Source: Candidatus Methylomirabilis sp. (GTDB lineage: Bacteria > Methylomirabilota > Methylomirabilia > Methylomirabilales > Methylomirabilaceae). From it: a DNA stretch of 26,052 nt. Within the stretch, counting starts at the first letter, position 1. Every line of letters starts with the position of its first letter. Made by a program: the position numbers and the translations under genes. Shown in pieces: positions 8,789 through 16,176 of this stretch. Under the pieces are notes generated by a model. It ran no database searches. It had not been told where the DNA came from and worked only from the letters and a program-made list of their open reading frames with translations. Location: positions 1 through 26,052 of the forward strand of contig JBGQJI010000022.1 of the NCBI GenBank assembly GCA_041498975.1, read 5' to 3'.

Positions 8789-8965
8789 CCGGCCCTCCTG
8801 CCTCCATCGCTCAATCAAGTTCCGCGTCTGACCCTTATGCCCGACCAGTGTGTCTTGGAGGACCTCAATCTACAGGAGCAGACCGACCAGAGAGAAACCC
8901 CAAGACCTGGGGTGCCAGGCTCATGATCACCCTGAGTCAAAGCACCGTTTTTCGCGTGGTCCGTC

Positions 8966-9700
8966 TCATCGCAGATCGTCCCACCGATGACGGGTTAGGT
9001 CCCAGACCTCGATCCTCGTGACCGGATGGATTTCCCACGCGCTCCCCTGCACGTCTCCGACATCCTGGACATGCTCGAAATCATGTAGGAGCCAGCCTGA
9101 GAACCTCACCCTCGTCTGACGATCACAGAGGTCCAAGAACGCACGATAGGACCAGCCGGTCTTTGGGGATTGGAAGGCCCGCGTCACCTCGGTCACGATC
9201 TGCGCTCCACGGTTCTCATCAGGGACACACCGAGGTTGCTGATGTTCCCGCAGATAGGCATTGATGTCGCCCGCGCTCGAAGGACGGACCCCGGCGATGT
9301 ACCCCTCCACGCTCACGGCTCGTTCGGTATAAGCTCGGACCGTGGTCCAATCGGCTTGCCCGTATTCCTCCGGGAGGTCGGGGAGGGCGTAGAACTCCGC
9401 AAACGTCATTGGCGTGTAGCGCTTCGGGATTGCCACCCGGGCCTTCTGGTACCTGAGGTAATAAGTCTGAAAGGGATGCAGGTGGTTACCCTGCCAGCCA
9501 TTCACAAGGCGCACCGCCGCGACCCCGGAGGCCTCGATCAGGCTTGCCGGATCCGCCTCAGTCATCAGTGTCCCAACAGGACTGGTGCGGTTCCCGCCCG
9601 GAGTGAAACAAATCTCGACGGAGCCGGTCCTGGCGCTGGAGATACCAGAGCTGCAGGCGATGACCAAGAACGCGAGCGACATTTCGACCGGGCGGAACAT
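8966..9700 (-). CDS. Hypothetical protein, possible OB-fold, C-terminal WEIHP motif
   Basis: VSVEGYI...GDIN...VTEVT...VRFSGWLLHDFEH...WEIHPVTRIEV. The true start is uncertain. Confidence 0.6.
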   Translation of the reverse strand: MFRPVEMSLAFLVIACSSGISSARTGSVEICFTPGGNRTSPVGTLMTEADPASLIEASGVAAVRLVNGWQGNHLHPFQTYYLRYQKARVAIPKRYTPMTFAEFYALPDLPEEYGQADWTTVRAYTERAVSVEGYIAGVRPSSAGDINAYLREHQQPRCVPDENRGAQIVTEVTRAFQSPKTGWSYRAFLDLCDRQTRVRFSGWLLHDFEHVQDVGDVQGSAWEIHPVTRIEVWDLTRHRWDDLR

Positions 9701-9908
9701 GCGTCAGTGGCTCTTCGGTTCCAGCGATTGAGCTTGGAGCCGCTTGATGCTCGTCCGTGATCGACACACTGCCTCGCCCTGCGAGTGATGGTCAGAGCGG
9801 GGTCGGTCTCCAAGGGTCGGACCCTTTCAGGGCCTCGAGGCCTTCCCATCGTACGCCAACCTCAAACGCTGGAGCGTTACCCATGCTGATGATCCGGACA
9901 CATTCGAC

Positions 9909-11243
9909 TCAAGGAAATAGCCCTACTAACACAATCTCAAGATTAAGGGCGAGCACCGAGAGCAAGATTGCAGCCAAGGTCACAGGTATGCCGATCTTTA
10001 CGTAGAGCGAGTAGGAAATATGCACGCCCCTATCCCTCAGGATTCTGAACCATAGAAGCGCCGCCAGAGACCCGATAGGAAGCATCTTCGGTCCCAGATC
10101 CCCGCCTATGAGCGCCGAGAATACCAACATCTTCCTTACAAATCTCGTCTCCCCCAGCAATGACCCGAAAGACATATCCTTGATACTGAGGGCCATCGCA
10201 TAGGCGGTTGGGTGGTTGTTCATGATAGCCGAGCATGTCGCCGCGATGAACCCGCCGGCCATGGTGAGCTTGAAGATACTGGATCCCGACAGGTAGCCGA
10301 TCAACCCTCCTATCACATTCGTCAAGCCCGCATTCCGTAGTCCTGTCACAACGATGAATATACCGACGACGAAGGCTATGACATCCCAACCGACGGCCTT
10401 GATCACTTGGATGTTATCAGAGCCCTCCATCAACCCTGAGAGAATGAGCAGAGCCATCGCCCCGATGAAGGCCGCAGCCCAGATCGGCACACCGATAAGG
10501 TGTTCCAGGAAAAACGCGAGTAGTGTGAGACCCAGCACTATTCCCGAGAGAACCATGTACCGGCGGTTTTTCAGAGAATCATCGAGAGGAAGGTGCTCAT
10601 ACCTTTGGGGGAGAGCGTTCTTGAAGAACATCCTGAGGCCAACATAGCTGGTTAGCACGCTCACGAGGGCCGGGAATATCATCCACGTCGCGTATTCATG
10701 GAACCCGATGCCAAAGAGACTTGCAACGATGATGTTGATGGGATTGCTGATCACAAATGCCCCAACGAGGTTGGCGATGTAGAGCACAGCAAAGTAGTAA
10801 GGGATTTTGCTAGATAGATCCCAGGATTCTCCCTTGACCTCTTCCACCAGTTTATACACCAGGGGTGTGAAGATCAGGACGGCGGCATCGTTTGTGAAGA
10901 TGGCCCCTGTCACAGTGCCGGCAATGAATATATAGGTAAATAACGCTCTCGCGTCTCCTTTAGCGACCCTTGCGATCTGAAGCGCTAACAGCGCAAAGAG
11001 TCCCGCCTGCTCCGCGATAATGGTCAGAATCATCAGGCTGATTATCGCAATGACCGGATAGAGAAGGACACTCAGGGCTTGGTAGGCAGCATGAACCGGG
11101 ACGGCTCCCGTGATGATACTTAACAGCGCCCCTAGTATTGCAGCAGTGGCATGGCCAATCCTGATCCGCCCGAGCCTTGGCTTTACCAACGCAAGGCCGA
11201 CGGTTAAGACAAGAATAGGCAATGCGGCTTGATTAGCGTGCAT
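9909..11243 (-). CDS. arsB: ArsB-family (ArsB/NhaD ion-transporter superfamily) permease
   Basis: FTNDAAVLIFTP, SNPINII, MNNHPT and GGDLGPKMLPIGSLAALLW match ArsB signatures, with about 12 TM segments. Start moved to ATG 11243 because the longer ORF overlaps the Ubl gene. Substrate not established. Confidence 0.8.
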   Translation of the reverse strand: MHANQAALPILVLTVGLALVKPRLGRIRIGHATAAILGALLSIITGAVPVHAAYQALSVLLYPVIAIISLMILTIIAEQAGLFALLALQIARVAKGDARALFTYIFIAGTVTGAIFTNDAAVLIFTPLVYKLVEEVKGESWDLSSKIPYYFAVLYIANLVGAFVISNPINIIVASLFGIGFHEYATWMIFPALVSVLTSYVGLRMFFKNALPQRYEHLPLDDSLKNRRYMVLSGIVLGLTLLAFFLEHLIGVPIWAAAFIGAMALLILSGLMEGSDNIQVIKAVGWDVIAFVVGIFIVVTGLRNAGLTNVIGGLIGYLSGSSIFKLTMAGGFIAATCSAIMNNHPTAYAMALSIKDMSFGSLLGETRFVRKMLVFSALIGGDLGPKMLPIGSLAALLWFRILRDRGVHISYSLYVKIGIPVTLAAILLSVLALNLEIVLVGLFP

Positions 11244-11310
11244 GGACCCAGAATGGACGCATAAACCGGCCTCATGCCGGGAGCCTCTGGATGCGGGGCC
11301 AAACGGTGTA

Positions 11311-11583
11311 TCAGCCCTTTTCGCCGGCGAGCCGGACAAACTCCAGTTGCTGCCCGGCCAAGAGGATGGTGCTCTCTTCCACTTCGCGGCCATCCACGAT
11401 GGCCACGGCTTGCGGGCTGATATTGAGGGCCTGGCGCAGCGCCTGGCGGACGTCGGCCACCGTCCGGCCGGCGAGGTTCGCCTCCAGGGCATGGACGCCA
11501 TACAGCACGCGCACCTGTTGTTGGGCCTTGGGCTGGCCCGCCAGCTTCGCTCTGGAGATCCCCTTGAGCTGACCCTCGCTCAT
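11311..11583 (-). CDS. Ubiquitin-like (beta-grasp) protein ending LEFVRLAGEKG
   Basis: 90 aa with a beta-grasp-like pattern (TVADVRQAL helix, AIVDG, TILLAGQQLEFV strand) and a C-terminal GxKG. ATGA overlap with the E1 stop. Confidence 0.85.
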   Translation of the reverse strand: MSEGQLKGISRAKLAGQPKAQQQVRVLYGVHALEANLAGRTVADVRQALRQALNISPQAVAIVDGREVEESTILLAGQQLEFVRLAGEKG

Positions 11584-12293
11584 CGATCGTTCTCTCCGCT
11601 GCGCGGATTCCGGGCGACAGGCTGAGCTCGTCCCTCCACGATATCCAGGTACACCTCGCCATAGCCCAATCGCCCGGAGCGCCAGGCGAAGAAGGCGTTC
11701 AGCATCGCCGAGGCGATGCTCAGATTCATGAAGAGGAGTTGAGGCGCGGCGACGGCAGCCAGCTCCTCGCAGGACATCTCCGCCGGAGACTTGTCCTTCG
11801 GGTCGGCGATCTCCGGGTGAAAGCGCGTCAGCGGCAGGGTGACGTCGCGGCCGTCCCGGCGGACGTAGACCTGGACGTTGCCGTCCGTGAAGTCGTTGCC
11901 GCCGGAGATCAGCACCACGTCTGACAGCGCTTCACAGTGGCGACTGACTATCTGCCGGGTGGCGTGGTTGTCCACCGCAAGGAAGACCAGATCGCCGGGT
12001 GTCACCACATGCGGCAAGTTCTCCGCAGTGACGAACTCCGGGATGGCGCGAAACGAGAGATCGGGGAAGCTCCTGGCCAGTTCGGTCGCCTTTACCTTGG
12101 CCTTGTTTCCAACGGTCTCGAAGCTCTGTCGGGCGGCGTTCCTGCTCTCAAACGTATCGCCGTCAACCAGGGTGATCCGGACCTCTTCTCCGGTAAGCTG
12201 CCGCTCTGCCTGGAGGTATCGGGTCAAGAACGGCGCCAAGGCACAGCCGATCCCGCCGACGCCGATCAGTTTGATTTCGATCTTCTCCGCCAT
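11580..12293 (-). CDS. ThiF/E1-like activating enzyme
   Basis: IGVGGIG, VDGDTFESRNAARQ, NKA, DLVFLAVDNHATR, and a candidate catalytic Cys in SCEELA..PQLLFMN. Confidence 0.93.
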   Translation of the reverse strand: MAEKIEIKLIGVGGIGCALAPFLTRYLQAERQLTGEEVRITLVDGDTFESRNAARQSFETVGNKAKVKATELARSFPDLSFRAIPEFVTAENLPHVVTPGDLVFLAVDNHATRQIVSRHCEALSDVVLISGGNDFTDGNVQVYVRRDGRDVTLPLTRFHPEIADPKDKSPAEMSCEELAAVAAPQLLFMNLSIASAMLNAFFAWRSGRLGYGEVYLDIVEGRAQPVARNPRSGENDR

Positions 12294-12308
12294 GGCGCGA
12301 CGACCACC

Positions 12309-12980
12309 TCAGACGGACGACGGCCGCCCTTCGGCATCGCTGTCCCGCGGCACAGCCTCGAGGTCCACGACCTGCAGCGTGTGCTCGCGAACCTCGACCG
12401 CGTGGATGGCCGGCGAGGCGTCGTCGAAGACATCCGACGGCTTGAGGGTGAACCGGCGGCCGTCCACGACGAGGGAACAGGCCACGCTCACCTCCCCATC
12501 GAGGTTGCCGATGGTGACGTGAAGGCCGTCGTCATGCCGCTCATCCTCGTCGTCCAACTCGGAATGGAAGGCATCGGCCGCGGCGTGGCTATGGATCGTG
12601 CCCACCCGGACCCATCCCGTGGGGGTCGGGCCGATTTCGTACCGGCAGTGCCCGCCCGCCACTTGCTGCTTCGGGATCGTCAGTTCGTACCTGTTCTCCG
12701 CCTGGGTGAAGTAGAGAAGGGCCACCGCCTCTGCGCGATGGGCCCGGAAGACCTCCCGGAAGAAGGCCACGATCTCCGCCAGGATGGCGGCTGGGACGGG
12801 CGGAAGCTGCAGCCAGGCGGCTTCCTGCTCGGACATGAGCCAGGTCAGGCCGCGAACCTTCGTCCTGGCATGGAAGAGGAGATTCCGCTTCACCTGGAAC
12901 AAGCCGTCCCGCGTGACCAGATAGTAAATCGGGTCGTCCGGCTCTTCGAATCCATCCTCTTTCAAATAGACGGGAAACAT
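12309..12980 (-). CDS. JAB/MPN+ (Mov34) metallopeptidase
   Basis: Glu in RAEAVALL plus HSHAAADAFHSELD, an exact HxH-x7-S-xx-D JAMM motif. The start MFPVYLK overlaps the upstream stop (TGATG). Confidence 0.9.
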   Translation of the reverse strand: MFPVYLKEDGFEEPDDPIYYLVTRDGLFQVKRNLLFHARTKVRGLTWLMSEQEAAWLQLPPVPAAILAEIVAFFREVFRAHRAEAVALLYFTQAENRYELTIPKQQVAGGHCRYEIGPTPTGWVRVGTIHSHAAADAFHSELDDEDERHDDGLHVTIGNLDGEVSVACSLVVDGRRFTLKPSDVFDDASPAIHAVEVREHTLQVVDLEAVPRDSDAEGRPSSV

Positions 12981-13783
12981 CAGGTCACGTCGTTCAGGCG
13001 ATACAGGAGGTCGGCCAAGTCCGACGCATCCTCCAGGGGGCGTGCGGCGCCTCGCCAGTCGAGCAAGTGCTCGCCGGCCTTGCCAAGGCTGAGCCCTGTC
13101 TCCTCCCACTGAATCGCCAAAGGAAAAAGCGGGTCCGCCGCGGTGGCGATCTCCCAACCGTCGAGCGTCCCGATGCGGTCGTCCAGCGCGGCGGCGCGGC
13201 GGAAGCAGTTGCTTTCGATGTCAAGGTTGAACCCGGCGCTCCAGAAGAACTCGATCGCCGTCTGGGCCTGCCCGGCCACCGTCAGGTCATCGAAGGGGGG
13301 CCGGCCCCGAAGACAGACCCGGCACTTCGCCAAGGGGCTCTCGCTCGCCGAGATGTTCCAGAGGTTGGGCATATAGAGCTCGTCCTCTTCGGAGACCAAC
13401 GGGGCGTTCCGGTAGTAGAGGCGCATCTCCTCAAAAGAGCCGCGGTGAAACAGGAGCAGGTAGACCGCGTAGGGAAAGGCCAGATTGCTGTGGCGATAGC
13501 TGCCGGGCTCGTCCAGGGCCTTCTCGCTCCAGCCGACCCACCGCACCTGGGGGGGATGCTCGACGGCGATGACGAGCGCCGGGCCCCGGACGATGGCCCA
13601 TCGGGCGCCGGGCGGCAGCAAAGGGATCTGTTGAAGGAAGCGCTGGGGAGTCGAGGCGGCGATCTCCAGGAGGAAGTCGCGGAGACTCACCTGCCGATCA
13701 GTGGCAACGGCCCCATCCGGCGTCGATCGGGAAAGGCGGACGGACCTCCCCTTGATCTCGATGGTCTCCTCCGGCTCTGGCAT
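12980..13783 (-). CDS. Prokaryotic E2-like protein (family D / PRTRC protein B-like)
   Basis: LLPP...AFPY.V...LYMPNLWNI...CRVCL...FFWSAGFN resembles the Prok-E2_D pattern (LY..P..N...VC...FF.S.F). It lies in an operon with Ubl, E1 and JAB genes. Confidence 0.72.
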   Translation of the reverse strand: MPEPEETIEIKGRSVRLSRSTPDGAVATDRQVSLRDFLLEIAASTPQRFLQQIPLLPPGARWAIVRGPALVIAVEHPPQVRWVGWSEKALDEPGSYRHSNLAFPYAVYLLLFHRGSFEEMRLYYRNAPLVSEEDELYMPNLWNISASESPLAKCRVCLRGRPPFDDLTVAGQAQTAIEFFWSAGFNLDIESNCFRRAAALDDRIGTLDGWEIATAADPLFPLAIQWEETGLSLGKAGEHLLDWRGAARPLEDASDLADLLYRLNDVT

Positions 13784-13786
13784 GCG

Positions 13787-15562
13787 TTACGACGCTCCGC
13801 CGCCCTCACGGGATGCCCACGCTTCGACGAGAGCCTGCCGCCCCTCAGGCAGGAACTGCCGCGAGGAGCAGAGGGCAAGCGCCGCGCGCTCCTGGGCCTC
13901 GATCGAGAGCCGATCCTGGAATGGGATGAAGTCCTCCACCGCCCAGCGGTAATCCTCGAGGGCGATCGCGTTCGCCCCGCGCCATCGAGCCCGTCGATAG
14001 GCGCGGAGGGTGATCTCCTCGATGTCGGCCCCGGAGATCTGGCCGGGATGGCGCCGATCGCAGTGCTCGACGACCGACGAGAAGTCGCCGACCTCGCAGG
14101 CGAAGCCGTGCTTCCTCGGCATGACCTCGAAGATGCGGGCCTTGTCGGCCGCGTCAGGCATCAGGAGCGGAATCCGCTCGCTGCTCCGACCCGAGCGCTT
14201 TTCCGCCGCGTCCAGGCGATCCGGCCGGTTGCTGATCCGAATCCAGAGGACCTGTCCCTGGATCGCGGGGTCGCCGGTGAAGGCGAAGCGCATCTGTCTG
14301 ATCCGATTGCCCACGCCGGAGTCGCCGCTGTACTCGTCCCGCATCTGCTCGCTCTGGTCCGCCTCGTCCTCCAGCACCACCACCGGGGTCATCGAGCGCA
14401 AGGCCTGCAGGATGCGCCAGTAGTTCCGCTCCGATTGTCCGACCCACTTCTCCCGGGGATTGACGATCTTCACGAAATTGAAGCCGCACTCCTTGGCCAG
14501 GGCCTCCGCCAGGGCCGTCTTCCCTACGCCGGGCGGGCCCAGCAAAGTGATGCCTCGTGGCACCAGCTTATGGTCGCCGTCTTTGATGGCCTGGATGACG
14601 CGGCGCAGGTACGTCTTCACCGCCTCCATTCCGCCGATGGCATCCAAGCCCAGGGTGGGCTCCACCGCCTCGATCATGCCGTGCAGCTCCCGTTTGAGGA
14701 TCTCTCGCTTCCGGTCGGTGACCTCCGCATAGGTCAGCGGCACCTTGCGCCCGCCCACCTGACGGCACAGCGCCTTCAGGTGCAAGCGCGAGAGGCCGGC
14801 GGTGACATGGGCGAGCTGCTCGGGAGTCATCGTCATGGTGAACCCGTTCTCCGCCCGGAGGTGGTCGATATACTCAGCCCGCTCGGCCACGCTGGGGAGA
14901 GGCACCTCGATGGCCTCCACCCGCGAGGCCGGACCCCGGAGCTGCGCGTGCAGGTCGGCGAGGTTGCCGACGGTGAGGACGACGGCCACGCCGGAGCGCA
15001 ACATCTCGGGGTCCGCCGCCCAGCGGAGGAGGGTCACCAGATTGGTCCGATCGTCATCGCTCATCGACGACAGATCGGCATCGGGAACGATCGTCTCGGC
15101 GTAGCCGATCACAACCAGCGGCGCACATCCCTCCCTGACGCCGAAGCAACCGGATCGGACCGCTGTCTCGAGGAGCGCAAGGACCTTCGTCGGGTGAGTC
15201 GGCAGCTCGCGTTCCGGCGGGACGTCTTGGCCCAGCGCGGTAAGAGCCCGACGCTTTGCCGCCTCGGCCTCATTGGTGAGGCCGGTGACCTTCCGAAAGA
15301 GCGCCTCTGTGGCGGAATCGGAAAAACGCAGGCCGCGCGAGCGATCGTACACGATCATCCGCTCATCGCCTGCGAGCCAGCGTCCCAGAAAGGTCGGCAG
15401 CGAGACGAACTGATCGCCCAGGCGAACCTCGTCGGCAACGTTGAAGTGCAGAACGAAGACGGAGGTCATCCTGGCGTCGATCCGCTCTTTCAGATCGCGC
15501 GCCCAGCGCGGCAGTGCTAGTTGGCCTGTGACCTGCGGCTGATGTCGATATTCCTCTGCCAT
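13787..15562 (-). CDS. AAA+ ATPase with degenerate N-terminal and intact C-terminal AAA module
   Basis: DAIGGM, Walker A GPPGVGKT, pore loop KWVG, Walker B VVVLEDEAD, SRH SNRPDRLDAAEKRSGR. The N-terminal half has AAA-like strands (FVLHFNVAD, LVVIGYAET, IEVPLPS..ER) but no Walker A. Confidence 0.93.
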   Translation of the reverse strand: MAEEYRHQPQVTGQLALPRWARDLKERIDARMTSVFVLHFNVADEVRLGDQFVSLPTFLGRWLAGDERMIVYDRSRGLRFSDSATEALFRKVTGLTNEAEAAKRRALTALGQDVPPERELPTHPTKVLALLETAVRSGCFGVREGCAPLVVIGYAETIVPDADLSSMSDDDRTNLVTLLRWAADPEMLRSGVAVVLTVGNLADLHAQLRGPASRVEAIEVPLPSVAERAEYIDHLRAENGFTMTMTPEQLAHVTAGLSRLHLKALCRQVGGRKVPLTYAEVTDRKREILKRELHGMIEAVEPTLGLDAIGGMEAVKTYLRRVIQAIKDGDHKLVPRGITLLGPPGVGKTALAEALAKECGFNFVKIVNPREKWVGQSERNYWRILQALRSMTPVVVLEDEADQSEQMRDEYSGDSGVGNRIRQMRFAFTGDPAIQGQVLWIRISNRPDRLDAAEKRSGRSSERIPLLMPDAADKARIFEVMPRKHGFACEVGDFSSVVEHCDRRHPGQISGADIEEITLRAYRRARWRGANAIALEDYRWAVEDFIPFQDRLSIEAQERAALALCSSRQFLPEGRQALVEAWASREGGGAS

Positions 15563-15613
15563 CGCTGTTGCCTGTTCGCATAGATCCTTAGGGTCTCGAA
15601 CTGGACGTGCTTT

Positions 15614-15643
15614 ATCCTAGCGCACCCTTCCGATTGCAGTCAA
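15614..15643 (-). promoter_or_regulatory. Putative sigma70 promoter of the AAA-E2-JAB-E1-Ubl operon
   Basis: Minus strand TTGACT-18 nt-TAGGAT, about 50 nt upstream of ATG 15562. Confidence 0.6.
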
Positions 15644-15874
15644 CGTTCTTGTCCCCGCGGTTGTGCGCCCGACCGCCCCATGCCCTCCGACGACTCCAAT
15701 CAGTTGGGGCGGTCGTTGTCGGAACTGACACATGATGGAGGGGCCCGGATCAAGTCCGAGGCAAGCGCGGCGAGTGCGTCCTCCGCATCATGCGCTTCCT
15801 GCGAACACTCTGCTTGGAAACGGTTCGGGTCTCTGCTACCATGGCACTGAACAACCCGCGACGGAGAAGATGCG

Positions 15875-16114
15875 ATGCCGACTGCCGAGGAGCTCAAAGA
15901 CGAGGACAGGCGCCTGAGACAGCTCCAGTTCGTGGTTGGTCTGACGATGAGCGTGATCAGCCAGACCAAGCTCTCGCTGGAAGAGGCGTCTCGGATGGTG
16001 GCAGCCACGAGGCAATGGGCGCTAAGGCTCTTTCCCGGGAAGGAGCTGGCCTTCGATCTGATCTATCAGCCCCGCTTCCGCAGGCTCCTCACCGAACGAT
16101 TCCACCTCCATTGA
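15875..16114 (+). CDS. Small hypothetical protein (79 aa, helical)
   Basis: GGAGAAG upstream, protein-like composition (LFPGKELAFDLIYQPRFRRLL), co-oriented with nfo. Confidence 0.75.
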   Translation: MPTAEELKDEDRRLRQLQFVVGLTMSVISQTKLSLEEASRMVAATRQWALRLFPGKELAFDLIYQPRFRRLLTERFHLH

Positions 16115-16176
16115 GATCAGTGCCCACTCCTACGAACAGACCGATCAAGGCCCAGCAACAGCCACCCTCAGTAGAA

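Noticed and set aside
8820..8940. Possible yybP-ykoY riboswitch near the USP gene (CAAGACC-containing hairpin)
   Set aside because: Orientation is wrong for the USP gene and the other conserved elements were not found.
11244..11501. N-terminal extension of the ArsB ORF, suggesting a fusion
   Set aside because: It overlaps the Ubl gene in another frame; ArsB-like sequence begins at ATG 11243.
11311..12293. Reading Ubl+E1 as ordinary ThiS/ThiF or MoaD/MoeB cofactor biosynthesis genes
   Set aside because: No GG terminus, no Zn-binding CxxC pairs and no thi/moa neighbours, and the genes are coupled to E2-like, JAB and AAA genes.
11937..13112. 391-aa plus-strand ORF and other overlapping ORFs opposite E1/JAB
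   Set aside because: Antisense to genes with clear catalytic motifs.
13067..15520. 817-aa plus-strand ORF
   Set aside because: Antisense shadow of the AAA and E2 genes caused by GC-rich codon bias; no recognisable motifs.
15790..16176. N-terminal extension of the nfo ORF
   Set aside because: It overlaps the 79-aa gene and is low-complexity; Nfo similarity starts at LLGAHMS.
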